Below are positions 9,266-18,733 of a stretch of 64,000 nt of DNA, one piece after another (within the stretch, counting starts at the first letter, position 1; every line of letters begins with the position of its first letter). The position numbers and the translations under genes are program-made. The notes beneath the pieces are model-generated. The model saw only the letters and a program-made list of their open reading frames with translations. It made no database searches and was not told the origin of the DNA. The stretch comes from Candidatus Sumerlaeaceae bacterium (GTDB lineage Bacteria; Sumerlaeota; Sumerlaeia; Sumerlaeales; Sumerlaeaceae). Where the stretch lies: positions 128,001 to 192,000 of the forward strand of contig JBPCLP010000009.1 of NCBI GenBank assembly GCA_051003195.1. The letters are read 5' to 3'.

Positions 9266-10342
9266 ATGTCACTCGCAACTCCACCTCCGGTTGACCAGGC
9301 AAAACTCGAGGCATTCATGGGCCAAGTCGTCAGCGACTTAGGCGCAGGAATGAACGCCGCGCTGGTTATTATCGGGGATAAACTCGGGCTGTACCGCGGG
9401 TTGGTCGAACTGGGGCCGTGCACTCCCGCAGAACTCGCCGGTCAAACCGGAACCGATGAACGTTACATTCGGGAATGGCTGAGTGCCCAGGCAGCAGGCG
9501 GATATGTGAAGTACGATGCAGCTTCCGCCCGTTTCACAATTCCGCCGGAACAGGCAATGGCACTTGCCGATGAAAACAGCCCATGTTTTGTCGCCGGTGG
9601 TTTCCAGGTGGTCGCCTCCGCCCTTAAAGACGAACCTAAAATCACTGAGGCGTTCATCACCGGCAAAGGGGTCGGCTGGCACGAGCACTGCAGCGACCTG
9701 TTCATCGGCACCGAGCGTTTTTTCCGTCCGAGCTACAATGCACATCTCGTCACGGAATGGATCCCTGCTCTGACAGGCGTGGAAGACAAATTGCGCAAAG
9801 GCGCGCGGGTTGCTGACGTTGGATGTGGGCATGGCGCATCAACCATAGTGATGGCGCAGGCCTACCCCAACTCCAAATTCATGGGATTCGATTACCATCC
9901 GCAATCGATAGAGAGCGCCCGTACGCGCGCTGAAGAAGCGGGGGTCGCGGACCGCGTCACATTCGAGACCGCTTCATCCAAAACGTTTCCAGGAAACGGA
10001 TACGACCTCGTTACCTTCTTTGATTGCCTGCACGACATGGGAGACCCCGCGGGCGCATCGTCGCATGTGCTCAGCACGCTGGCGACCGGCGGCACATGGA
10101 TGATCGTGGAACCATTCGCTTCGGATAACCTGGAAGACAATCTCAACCCGGTCGGGCGCGTGTTCTATGCTGCATCCACCATGATCTGCACACCCGCGTC
10201 GAAGGCGCAGGAGGTAGGGTTGGCACTTGGCGCACAGGCAGGGGAAAAGCGTTTGCGCGACGTGGTGACGCAGGGCGGCTTCACACACTTTCGTCGTGCG
10301 GATGAGACACCGTTCAATCTGGTGTTCGAGGCAAAGGCGTAA
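9266..10342 (+). CDS. Class I SAM-dependent methyltransferase with N-terminal winged helix (Rv2258c-like)
   Basis: VADVGCGHG, FFDCLHDMGDP, ERYIREWL; GGAGG before the ATG at 9266. Confidence 0.9.
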   Translation: MSLATPPPVDQAKLEAFMGQVVSDLGAGMNAALVIIGDKLGLYRGLVELGPCTPAELAGQTGTDERYIREWLSAQAAGGYVKYDAASARFTIPPEQAMALADENSPCFVAGGFQVVASALKDEPKITEAFITGKGVGWHEHCSDLFIGTERFFRPSYNAHLVTEWIPALTGVEDKLRKGARVADVGCGHGASTIVMAQAYPNSKFMGFDYHPQSIESARTRAEEAGVADRVTFETASSKTFPGNGYDLVTFFDCLHDMGDPAGASSHVLSTLATGGTWMIVEPFASDNLEDNLNPVGRVFYAASTMICTPASKAQEVGLALGAQAGEKRLRDVVTQGGFTHFRRADETPFNLVFEAKA

Positions 10343-10376
10343 AGATTAACTATTACAGAAATTAGAACTGAAAATG

Positions 10377-10405
10377 AAAACGCCCGGAGCATGACGCTCC
10401 GGGCG
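10377..10405. terminator. Probable bidirectional terminator
   Basis: CGCCCGGAGC-ATGAC-GCTCCGGGCG between convergent genes, flanked by an A tract. Confidence 0.65.
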
Positions 10406-10424
10406 CAAATGGTTCCGTGTCCGG

Positions 10425-11699
10425 TTATTCCGGCTTCGGCGTCTCTTTTTTTACCGCAGCATCTTTGTCGGTTTTCTTCTCCGGTTGCGGCGCCGACTTC
10501 GCGGTATCGCTGGCAGAATCCGACGCAGGGGTCTTGGCGGCGCCAGCCTCGGACGCGCCCGGCACCTTGGCCGCATCGCTGCCCGTCGGCTTGTTTGCGT
10601 CCGGCGCGGCATGGCTGGCCCCCATTGCTCCCGGGTCGGCTGGCTTGTTCGCCGCACCGCTGGAAGCTGGAGTAACAGCCCCTGGTTTCGCCTTCTCGCT
10701 GGCACTTGGCGGAGTTGCCGGTTTGCCCGACTCTGGCTTGCTGGCTGCGCTCGAAGTGGCCGCGGGAGCCGGCGTCTGGCCAGCCGCCGGCGCTTCGTCC
10801 TTGCCGCTCATCGCCGGTTTCGCGGGTTTGGCAGCTTTTGGCGTCTCATCAGCTTTCGGTGTGTCACGGGCCCTGGGCGTATCTGCCGCCTTCGGTGTTT
10901 CATCCGCCTTTGGGGTTGGTGTAGACTTCGGAGTCTCTCCGGCTTTCGGTGTGTCACTGGCCCTGGGCGTATCCGCAGCCTTTGGTGTTTCATCCGCCTT
11001 TGGGGTTGGTGTAGACTTCGGAGTCTCTGCGGCTTTCGGCGTGGCAGTAGACTGTGGCGTCTCTCCTGCCTTCGGAGTTTCGTCGGCTTTCGGAGTTGCG
11101 GCCGCACCGGCAGCGGGTGTTGCACCAGACACAGTAGTCCCGGTCGCGGCCGCTCCGCTCACCTTGCCGGTCTTCACGTCGACGCTTTTCGTCACCTGCT
11201 CCACCTGGCTGACGTCGACCTTGGCGGTCTGGACCGCGGTGCGCACTTCCTGCTCGTTGAACTGCACGTTGACGCTCGTGCCGGAGAAGGTCACGTTGTC
11301 CGTCCACACCGGGCGTGCATATACCGGCAATGAGGCCGGAGGGGCCGATGTCCTTACATACGTGACCACCTTTTGCGCAACCACAGGCGTGAGGATCTCT
11401 ACCTGTTGTTGGACCAGCGTACGTACACGCACAAAGTCGAGTCGCACCCGTGCTACAAATATTTCCATGTCGATATAGATCACTTTGAGAATCACGTCTT
11501 CCGATACGCCGACAGACGTATAGACCCTGCGCAGATAGGTGACATACTCCTGCACAACGGTGGTGATCTGGGTTGTCTGTGTGACGGTGCCGTTCTCAGT
11601 GCGCACCTCGGTTGTTTCCGTGCGGCGAATCGTGTCCTGCGCGATCACGGTGGCCGCAAGCAGCGTCAGGCAGGCAGCGGCTGTTAAAAGCTTCTTCAT
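10425..11699 (-). CDS. Secreted hypothetical protein with TPKA-repeat low-complexity tail
   Basis: Signal peptide MKKLLTAAACLTLLAATVIA; Val/Thr-rich domain, then TPK(A/S)xx hexapeptide repeats. Confidence 0.75.
   Translation of the reverse strand: MKKLLTAAACLTLLAATVIAQDTIRRTETTEVRTENGTVTQTTQITTVVQEYVTYLRRVYTSVGVSEDVILKVIYIDMEIFVARVRLDFVRVRTLVQQQVEILTPVVAQKVVTYVRTSAPPASLPVYARPVWTDNVTFSGTSVNVQFNEQEVRTAVQTAKVDVSQVEQVTKSVDVKTGKVSGAAATGTTVSGATPAAGAAATPKADETPKAGETPQSTATPKAAETPKSTPTPKADETPKAADTPRASDTPKAGETPKSTPTPKADETPKAADTPRARDTPKADETPKAAKPAKPAMSGKDEAPAAGQTPAPAATSSAASKPESGKPATPPSASEKAKPGAVTPASSGAANKPADPGAMGASHAAPDANKPTGSDAAKVPGASEAGAAKTPASDSASDTAKSAPQPEKKTDKDAAVKKETPKPE
10853..11032. repeat. Two near-identical 90-bp direct repeats built of 18-bp subunits
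   Basis: 10853-10942 vs 10943-11032 differ at only a few positions. Confidence 0.85.
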
Positions 11700-11762
11700 T
11701 ACTATTCCCTCGGTTTAGTTTGCAGCAGCGCACAGCGCTGCCATATTGCTGACACGACAGCG

Positions 11763-11779
11763 AGCAATGCGCATGCCAG
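11763..11779 (-). promoter_or_regulatory. Sigma54 -24/-12 promoter
   Basis: Minus strand CTGGCAT-GCGCA-TTGCT, about 65 nt upstream of the ATG at 11699. Confidence 0.65.
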
Positions 11780-12016
11780 AGCATCTGTTATTAGTTTAAC
11801 GTGTAAAGTCAGGCAGCCGTGCGACCACTATTTAAGACGCTCACGAGACGTGCAACTATCCGCGTAAGTTGTGTTGCGCTATGCGTGATTCATGCTTTGG
11901 ACTTCTGATAACTTGTTATGGAGATTATGATTTCGACTGATGCGCCACCTTTGGCTTTGCATTTGCTGGATGAGCGGCATGCCAATCTTCTGTAACCTGA
12001 TGATCCCCCCAACGCC

Positions 12017-13282
12017 ATGTTGATCGCCTTCATATCTATCGTGGTCACGTTGTTCGTTGTGCTTATAATCCGTAATATTTCCGCGCCCGAACGCCACCTT
12101 AACCACACGGTTCAGCCACAGTTCTCTGTCGAGGACCGACAGTTTGAAATTTCCATGGGCAATCTGCTTGGACCGCCCATTCTCGGGGAGAATGATGTAC
12201 ACGCGCTGGTAAACGGATGCCGCTACTTCCCAGCCATGCTCGAGGCTGTCCGATCCGCCGAGAAGACCATTACGTTCGAGACGTTTATTTTCTGGTCTGG
12301 AAATATCGGACGCGAATTCACGGAGGCATTGGTTGAGCGCGCAAATGCCGGCGTACGTGTGCACCTGCTGTTGGACTGGTTCGGATGCTGGAAGATGGAA
12401 AAACCTCTGCTTAAGTGGCTATGTGAGAGCAGCAACTCGATCCAACTGGAATTCTACCGGCCCCTGGGCTTTCATAATCTTGCGCGATTCAATAACCGGA
12501 CACACCGTAAAACACTCGTGGTAGATGGCAAAATAGGCTTCACAGGCGGGGCCGGAATTGCTGACCCCTGGGATGGCGACGCCGAAGACCGCCACCACTG
12601 GCGTGACACGCAATACGTTATCCGGGGTCCGGCCGTCTCCCAAATGCAGGCGGCATTCCTCGATAACTGGATGCAGTCACATTTCTCAATTTTGTTTGGT
12701 GAGGATTACTTCCCGGTTCCAGAGCCATGTGGCTCGATGAAAGCACAGGTTTTTGGAAGCGGGCCGGAAGGCGGAGCGGAGAGCGTGCGCATCATGTATG
12801 TAATGGCGCTGTCCTGCGCCCGCAGGTCCGTGCGCCTGGCTCACAGCTATTTTGTCCCCGACAAACTTTCCGTTCGCACCATTATTGCTGCCTGCAAAAG
12901 GGGCGTTGATGTGGAGCTGATGATCCCCGGCCCAAGCGACGCTCCAATCACCATGGCGGGGATGAGGTCCCGGCTTGGTCCTCTGTTGCAGGCAGGAGTG
13001 CGAGTTTACCAGTACCAGAAATCCATGTTCCATTGTAAGGCCCTTATTGTCGATGAACTCTGGACGTCCGTTGGCTCATCGAATTTTGACCACCGTTCTT
13101 TTCGCCTCAACGATGAGGTAAATCTAAACGTGCTGGATGCCGATTTTGCGCGCGAGCAGATCGAAATCTTCGAAGAAGATAAGAAACACTGCACCCCGAT
13201 CACATGGGAACAATGGAAGCGGCGGCCAAAAAAGGACGTATTGATCGACTCCATTGCGGGTCTCTTCCGGGCACAAATGTAA
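12017..13282 (+). CDS. cls: Cardiolipin synthase (PLD family)
   Basis: Two HKD motifs: HRKTLVVDG and HCKALIVD. Confidence 0.88.
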   Translation: MLIAFISIVVTLFVVLIIRNISAPERHLNHTVQPQFSVEDRQFEISMGNLLGPPILGENDVHALVNGCRYFPAMLEAVRSAEKTITFETFIFWSGNIGREFTEALVERANAGVRVHLLLDWFGCWKMEKPLLKWLCESSNSIQLEFYRPLGFHNLARFNNRTHRKTLVVDGKIGFTGGAGIADPWDGDAEDRHHWRDTQYVIRGPAVSQMQAAFLDNWMQSHFSILFGEDYFPVPEPCGSMKAQVFGSGPEGGAESVRIMYVMALSCARRSVRLAHSYFVPDKLSVRTIIAACKRGVDVELMIPGPSDAPITMAGMRSRLGPLLQAGVRVYQYQKSMFHCKALIVDELWTSVGSSNFDHRSFRLNDEVNLNVLDADFAREQIEIFEEDKKHCTPITWEQWKRRPKKDVLIDSIAGLFRAQM

Positions 13283-13323
13283 AAAAATTGGTCCCGGTAG
13301 CCTCTCGGCTGGCTGCCGGGACC
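13281..13323. terminator. Terminator hairpin with U tract on the minus strand
   Basis: GGTCCCGGTAGCC...GGCTGCCGGGACC preceded by AAAAAAA. Confidence 0.65.
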
Positions 13324-13527
13324 CCATTACGCAGCTTTGCCGACTGCGCGGGCACCACATTACAGGCCGGTATTGCGGATGATGCGAAGCGATGACGAGT
13401 ACGGCCACAGCCTGCGGATCTTTAGACGTGCTCTGTTCGTCGCCGGACCACAGGTTTGTATGTTTATATGCCAACTAAGACGCAGTGCACTCCGCTGGGG
13501 ATGACACTCCAAGAAATAAAATCTCAG

Positions 13528-14175
13528 TTAGCGCGGCAGCAGATCCAGAATCGCACGTAGAGTCTCATTTCCCGGGCTTCGAAGTGTCCTGGAGCGCGGT
13601 GAGAATCCCCCGGCTGCCGAAATGACTCCGTTGTTCTGTAGTGCTGCCAGCATAAGTACGGCAAGCTGGTCGTCGTCCAGCGCTTCCAATCGGGTGTCCT
13701 GCTCGACAGGAAGCTGTAGAGCGGCACTTGCCGAAACTCGAAAATCATTGGCCTTGGGGCGCTTGCTTATGTGTAAGTCCAGCGCAAGCAATGGCGTCTG
13801 GCCCGCAACGTCTTTAAGATGCGGCACGCATAATCCATCGGACATAATGCCATCTGCTCCCAGCTCGCGCGCATGGACCGTCTGGAACCGCAACAGCTCC
13901 AGCTCTTGCTGCATGCCGCCGGCCGGAACCTGCACCCACACCTGCTGATGCGGCAGCAGCGCTGCGCGCCATACCGTGTAAAGCTCTTCGAGTTCCGTCG
14001 TATCCAGGCATTGGCCGCCGCCCACAGCCGACCATATCAGCACTCCATCGACCTCCGACCCTCGCATCCAGTTTACGTATTTTTCAAGGTCACCAGCGCT
14101 GACGGAGCCGGCTGCCGTCATGGGTGTCGGCACAATCGCCAGGAGCACGGCCTGGTGCCTTTTGAGGTCAGGCAT
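13528..14175 (-). CDS. Short, degenerate DapA/NAL aldolase-family-like protein
   Basis: AIVPTPMTAAGSV...GVLIW...HARELGADG resemble the DHDPS N-half; GTTGE and GxKD motifs are not recognisable. Confidence 0.55.
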   Translation of the reverse strand: MPDLKRHQAVLLAIVPTPMTAAGSVSAGDLEKYVNWMRGSEVDGVLIWSAVGGGQCLDTTELEELYTVWRAALLPHQQVWVQVPAGGMQQELELLRFQTVHARELGADGIMSDGLCVPHLKDVAGQTPLLALDLHISKRPKANDFRVSASAALQLPVEQDTRLEALDDDQLAVLMLAALQNNGVISAAGGFSPRSRTLRSPGNETLRAILDLLPR

Positions 14176-14328
14176 GCGGGGTGATCCTCACGACCGTCCC
14201 GTTTGGTTTGACATGAGTTGGGGCGGCTTCGACGCTGTCCATAATGTTGGCTACTGAATTACGGGTTTGCTGTAACGCAACAATCCTTCCAGACCTCGAA
14301 GAGCTTCTCTGCTCAAAATGCCAATTCC

Positions 14329-15390
14329 GTGAACGCCATCACTGATCTTCTCGTTTTTGAACGCCCTGCGGTAGCGATGCTTGAAATTGCGGGGCCGGAC
14401 GCCGAGGATTACCTGCATCGGATGAGCAGTACTTCTATTAAAGAACTTCGCCGCTTATCCGATCAGCCTGCCGTATGCGAAGCTCGCCCAACCTTGTTCC
14501 TGCGCGGCGACGGCAGGCTGGTGGCCCTGTGTATGATCGCATCGCCATCCAAAAGCCGTTATGTAATGACCACCCATGCCGGGGCGAAAGACGCTTTGCT
14601 TGAACACCTCGACAGGTTCCTGATCACCGAAAAGGCGGAGTTGAAGGATATGTCTGATCGATGGAAGTGCTACATGCTGGTTGGCCCGCAACTGTCTGCG
14701 AACAGCGCTACCAGTGTGCCGAATCAGAGGTTCCTATCCAGTTTGAGCGCGGAAGATGAGCTCAATTCGGCACACAGAACCGAATACGAATTAACGGTAG
14801 ACCACCCTAATGAATGGCACGGTAGTGCATATAGTGAAGACGACGGCAGTCGTCGGTTTACCATTTCAACGTCTCCACATACGCTGCCGCGTCAGGAAAT
14901 CTGGTCAGCGGCCGATACGCCGAGAGAATCAATCTTGAATCAGGCCAAGATACTGTCCGGCGGCGAGTTCCGCATGGGTACCTCAGAGGAATATGAATCA
15001 CTTCGAATAACCGCAGGCGAACCGGCCTGGGATGCCGAGCTTGCTTCAAACACAATACCGCTCGAAGCGGGGCTAAAGCATGCCATCAGCTTCAACAAAG
15101 GTTGCTTTCCCGGCCAGGAGATAGTCGCGCGCATTGAAAATCTCGGCCATCCTGCGAACATACTTGTGGGATTAAAAAGCACCGAGCCAATGCACGTCGG
15201 TGCTCCGCTGTTTTCGGAAAGCAGGCAAGTGGGCCGTATAAGCTCTGCTGCGTTATCTCTCGCAGAGGCCAGGCCGATCGCATTAGGATATGTGAAGTGG
15301 GATTTCCGGGCACCGGGTTGCGTGCTGACGCTCGGCGACTCATCTGGAATTCCGGTCACGGTACATGCATTACCGTTTAATGGCAGTTGA
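14329..15390 (+). CDS. ygfZ: YgfZ/GcvT-family folate-binding protein
   Basis: KGCFPGQE signature; IAGPDAEDYL. Confidence 0.88.
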   Translation: MNAITDLLVFERPAVAMLEIAGPDAEDYLHRMSSTSIKELRRLSDQPAVCEARPTLFLRGDGRLVALCMIASPSKSRYVMTTHAGAKDALLEHLDRFLITEKAELKDMSDRWKCYMLVGPQLSANSATSVPNQRFLSSLSAEDELNSAHRTEYELTVDHPNEWHGSAYSEDDGSRRFTISTSPHTLPRQEIWSAADTPRESILNQAKILSGGEFRMGTSEEYESLRITAGEPAWDAELASNTIPLEAGLKHAISFNKGCFPGQEIVARIENLGHPANILVGLKSTEPMHVGAPLFSESRQVGRISSAALSLAEARPIALGYVKWDFRAPGCVLTLGDSSGIPVTVHALPFNGS

Positions 15391-15425
15391 TCCGGCGATG
15401 CTGCTTGTAATGGCTGACCTGATAA

Positions 15426-16550
15426 ATGAATGAGTTTTCCCGAGGCGAACAGCCGCGGATACTGATCGCCGCTGGCGGCACCGGCGGTCACATCTTCCCG
15501 GCCATTGCACTGGGTGAAGCCTTTCATCTGCATTTTCCACAGGTGCTTGTGCGGTTCGCGTGTGGAGAACGCGAGCTGGAGCGTCGCCTGTACGCAGATG
15601 CGGGCATTGAACCCATTGTATTCCCCGCAAGGCAGCTCGGCAGCGGTATTTCTGGCAAACTGGCGGGAGCTTCCGCCGCTGCCGCGAACACTTTGCGCGC
15701 AATCCGTCTTATTCGGGCCGAGCGTTTCAATGCCGTAGTCGGAATGGGCGGTTACGTGAGTGGGCCCGCAGTTCTGGGCGGTATCCTCAGTGGCCGCAAA
15801 ACCATCGTTCACGAAGCAAACAGCATTCCGGGGAAAACGAACCGGCTGCTGGCGCCGTATGTCAGCTTAACCGCTCTTCATTTCGAGGCAACGGCGCGAC
15901 AGCTTCGTGCGCGCAGGAGTGCCGTCGTAGGAATGCCGATTCGCGAAACCACCGGCACGGGCGACCGCACGGAAGCCATGCGACTGTTCGGATTAAACCC
16001 CGCCAAAAAGACGTTGCTGGTGCTGGGCGGCAGTCAGGGAGCACGGTTTCTTTACCAGACTCTGATGAACGCGCTGCCTGCTCTTGATGTGCCGGCGAAC
16101 TCAAACGTCCAGGTGCTGTGGAGCACCGGCGCTGACAACTTTGACGAACTCGACCTGCGTCTCCGCGATGATCCTCCGACGCATCTCGTTGTTAAACTTG
16201 TACCGTTTATCTCCCGCATGGATCTTGCCATAGCGGCCGCAGATGTCGCACTTGCGCGAGCAGGAGCAAGCTCCATGGCGGAGCTTCTGTCGAGTGGCAT
16301 CTATACGCTATACGTTCCATTTCCGAGCGCAATCTATGACCACCAGACGCTGAACGCACAACAGGCAGTTAGCGCGGGTGTGGGTGAGATGATTCCCGAA
16401 AAAGAACTGACGCCGGATCGCGCCGCGGAAGTGCTGCAGCATCTTTTCGAAAAGGCAATTCCCGGGCATCGCGTATCAGTGCCGGAAACGATGAACAGTC
16501 GTCGCGCTGCGCAGAACCTCGCGGAAGCCATCCTCGCGCTGATCAGGTAA
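15426..16550 (+). CDS. murG: Lipid I N-acetylglucosaminyltransferase
   Basis: GGTGGHIFP, GGYVSGP, HEANSIPG, GGSQGA, RAGASS. Confidence 0.93.
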   Translation: MNEFSRGEQPRILIAAGGTGGHIFPAIALGEAFHLHFPQVLVRFACGERELERRLYADAGIEPIVFPARQLGSGISGKLAGASAAAANTLRAIRLIRAERFNAVVGMGGYVSGPAVLGGILSGRKTIVHEANSIPGKTNRLLAPYVSLTALHFEATARQLRARRSAVVGMPIRETTGTGDRTEAMRLFGLNPAKKTLLVLGGSQGARFLYQTLMNALPALDVPANSNVQVLWSTGADNFDELDLRLRDDPPTHLVVKLVPFISRMDLAIAAADVALARAGASSMAELLSSGIYTLYVPFPSAIYDHQTLNAQQAVSAGVGEMIPEKELTPDRAAEVLQHLFEKAIPGHRVSVPETMNSRRAAQNLAEAILALIR

Positions 16551-17724
16551 TCGTGTCGGTCTTGTGCCGCTTAGGCGTAAGCCTGTCGCGTAGTTCAAGT
16601 ACCGGCTTTTCGAACCCGGCGTAAAGTACTGTCGCCGCTCCCAGCGCGCTTATCCAGAAGAGCACAAAGTTTTCAATTCCCTGTTCGAGCGTATGAACCG
16701 GGAAGAAGGCGTGAAACGTGACGACCAGCAGCGTGCCATTAACCAGGTAAAGCGAGTAGGAGGTTAAGCTGATGTGCGTCACGGCTTTCGCGAACAGGCC
16801 TTGCGATTTGCGCATCATGTCGAGCATCGGTAACAGGCAAAGCGTACCGAAGCTTACGATCGAGAAATAGGGTCCTTTCATAAAGAATCCGCAGGAATTC
16901 AGGCCAAAGCGTTGATAAGCCGCGAACGATTGCACCCCAAGCAAAGTTGCTAGCCCCAGCCCTAGAAACAGGCGGGCATGCCGGCGCCACCACTCCTCAT
17001 GAAAATACTTCAGGATCGCGCCCACAACTCCAAACATGATCGAGTCCAGCCGCGTCACCACGATTGTGCGAAAGACCTTGTCCCATACCGCCGGGTCGGT
17101 GTCGGGCACCCACGCTGCCTTTGTGAAACGGTAAGCCGTAACCGCAGCCAGGTTGATCGCTACCAGCAGCCAGCACACTACCTGTTTGCTGCACCAGCGG
17201 CATGCTACCGCATCCAGAAACAGGAGCATGACAGGGGTGGTAAGATAAAACCACTCCTCGACGGCAAGACTCCAGGATTCCGGGAAGAACGGCGGCTGCG
17301 GCTTTGAAAAGTTCTGCAGGAACAGGTAGTATTTGGCAAGGTGGACCGGTTCGCCGTGGCGACCACTAAAGTGCGCTACAACAATAACAATCGTGAGCAC
17401 GAGCATGTAGTTCGGCAGGGTTCTTAGCCAGCGCCGGCCCCAGAAGTGCAAAACGCGGAATGGCGTGAACCTGGTTCGGTCATAAGTCTTCACCAGGATC
17501 GAACCGATCAGGAACCCGCTGAGAACAAAGAACAGGTCTACTCCATCGGGAAGCGGCACCAGGAGAATCCACCTGGGAAGAAACGGCAGGAGGAATGTAA
17601 TACTGTGGCCGTAGACGACCAGCAGAATCGCAATGGCGCGAAGCAAGTCCAACCCAAAGACACGATTCGATGTTTCCGGCCGGGCTGTGGCCGAGTGCAG
17701 CTCCGCGGGAGAAAGTTCGTTCAC
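16543..17724 (-). CDS. Acyltransferase-3 (OafA-like) membrane O-acyltransferase
   Basis: GLDLLRAIAILLV, GVDLFFVLSGFLI, WSLAVEEWFY; GTG start at 17724. Confidence 0.88.
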   Translation of the reverse strand: MNELSPAELHSATARPETSNRVFGLDLLRAIAILLVVYGHSITFLLPFLPRWILLVPLPDGVDLFFVLSGFLIGSILVKTYDRTRFTPFRVLHFWGRRWLRTLPNYMLVLTIVIVVAHFSGRHGEPVHLAKYYLFLQNFSKPQPPFFPESWSLAVEEWFYLTTPVMLLFLDAVACRWCSKQVVCWLLVAINLAAVTAYRFTKAAWVPDTDPAVWDKVFRTIVVTRLDSIMFGVVGAILKYFHEEWWRRHARLFLGLGLATLLGVQSFAAYQRFGLNSCGFFMKGPYFSIVSFGTLCLLPMLDMMRKSQGLFAKAVTHISLTSYSLYLVNGTLLVVTFHAFFPVHTLEQGIENFVLFWISALGAATVLYAGFEKPVLELRDRLTPKRHKTDTIT

Positions 17725-17740
17725 GGCAGCCCGATGAGTT

Positions 17741-18610
17741 CTATGCTTCTGCCGCAGCCGGAGCCGGTGGTTCCTCGCAGGCAACTTCCCCGGCAATTGG
17801 AACTGCACGGTATCGATTCCAGAGCAGGATGAGAAGCCCAACTGCAAACATGGCCGCGCAAAGTATCTGTCCCATGGTCATCCAGCCGAAGTAGTAACCG
17901 AGTTGCGCATCTTTTTCGCGGAAGAATTCAAGGAAGAACCGGGCCACTGCATAAAAGCAAAGCCACAGCGCGCCGAGAATTCCTTCGTAGCGCACGTAAG
18001 GCTTAAGCAGCCAGATCAACGCAAACGGAATCAGTCCCTCGCCCACTGCTTCGTACAGCTGAGATGGGTGCCGCGGTTCCGTGTATCCAATGATTTGTTC
18101 GTTCCACCGCACCGGAAACTGCATTCCCATTGCACTTTCGGTCACGCGACCTGGCAACTCCGCATTGATAAAATTTCCGATACGGCCAAAAATAATCCCC
18201 TGGCTTCCTGCCAGCGCCAGCGCGTCTGTCAGATTCCAGACGTGAAGCTTGTGCCAGCGCGCAAATAGCCACGTGCCAAGGCACATTCCAATAACCGCTC
18301 CATGAAACGCCAGGCCGCCCTCCCACACGGCGAATGGTGTCCAGTACCAGATAAAGGGCTCATCCGGACTCGCGCGGTAATAAACCATCATGTAAATAAT
18401 CCGTGCGCCTATCACCATTCCTGCGAACAGAACGACTAGGAAATCGTCGATGAGCCTCGGGTTAAGCCGGATGAATCCGCGCCGGCAGAGCCGCTTTAGC
18501 AGCAGGCGACCCACCAGGAACCCGAGAAGGTACATGATCCCGTACCATCGCACACGCACTTTGCCCAGGTGCAACAGATCCGGTGTTATCCATGACGGGT
18601 ACGTAAGCAT
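17741..18610 (-). CDS. lgt: Prolipoprotein diacylglyceryl transferase
   Basis: RWYGIMY, WEGGLAFHG, GRIGNFINAE, RHPSQLYE. Confidence 0.95.
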   Translation of the reverse strand: MLTYPSWITPDLLHLGKVRVRWYGIMYLLGFLVGRLLLKRLCRRGFIRLNPRLIDDFLVVLFAGMVIGARIIYMMVYYRASPDEPFIWYWTPFAVWEGGLAFHGAVIGMCLGTWLFARWHKLHVWNLTDALALAGSQGIIFGRIGNFINAELPGRVTESAMGMQFPVRWNEQIIGYTEPRHPSQLYEAVGEGLIPFALIWLLKPYVRYEGILGALWLCFYAVARFFLEFFREKDAQLGYYFGWMTMGQILCAAMFAVGLLILLWNRYRAVPIAGEVACEEPPAPAAAEA

Positions 18611-18733
18611 GCCGCACGAGTCCAGCGGCGCGCTCGGCGAAGGGCAACTCAAAACGTCTGATGTGCTGTGCGGCTTTCCGTTTACACATCGAAGTTCCAC
18701 GGCTTTCGCATGTAACCGTGCTCACAGACGAGT

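Noticed and set aside
13395..13470. c-di-GMP-I-like GACG...GTCTAAAG...GTGGCC
   Set aside because: No GNRA-capped first stem and no downstream gene to regulate.
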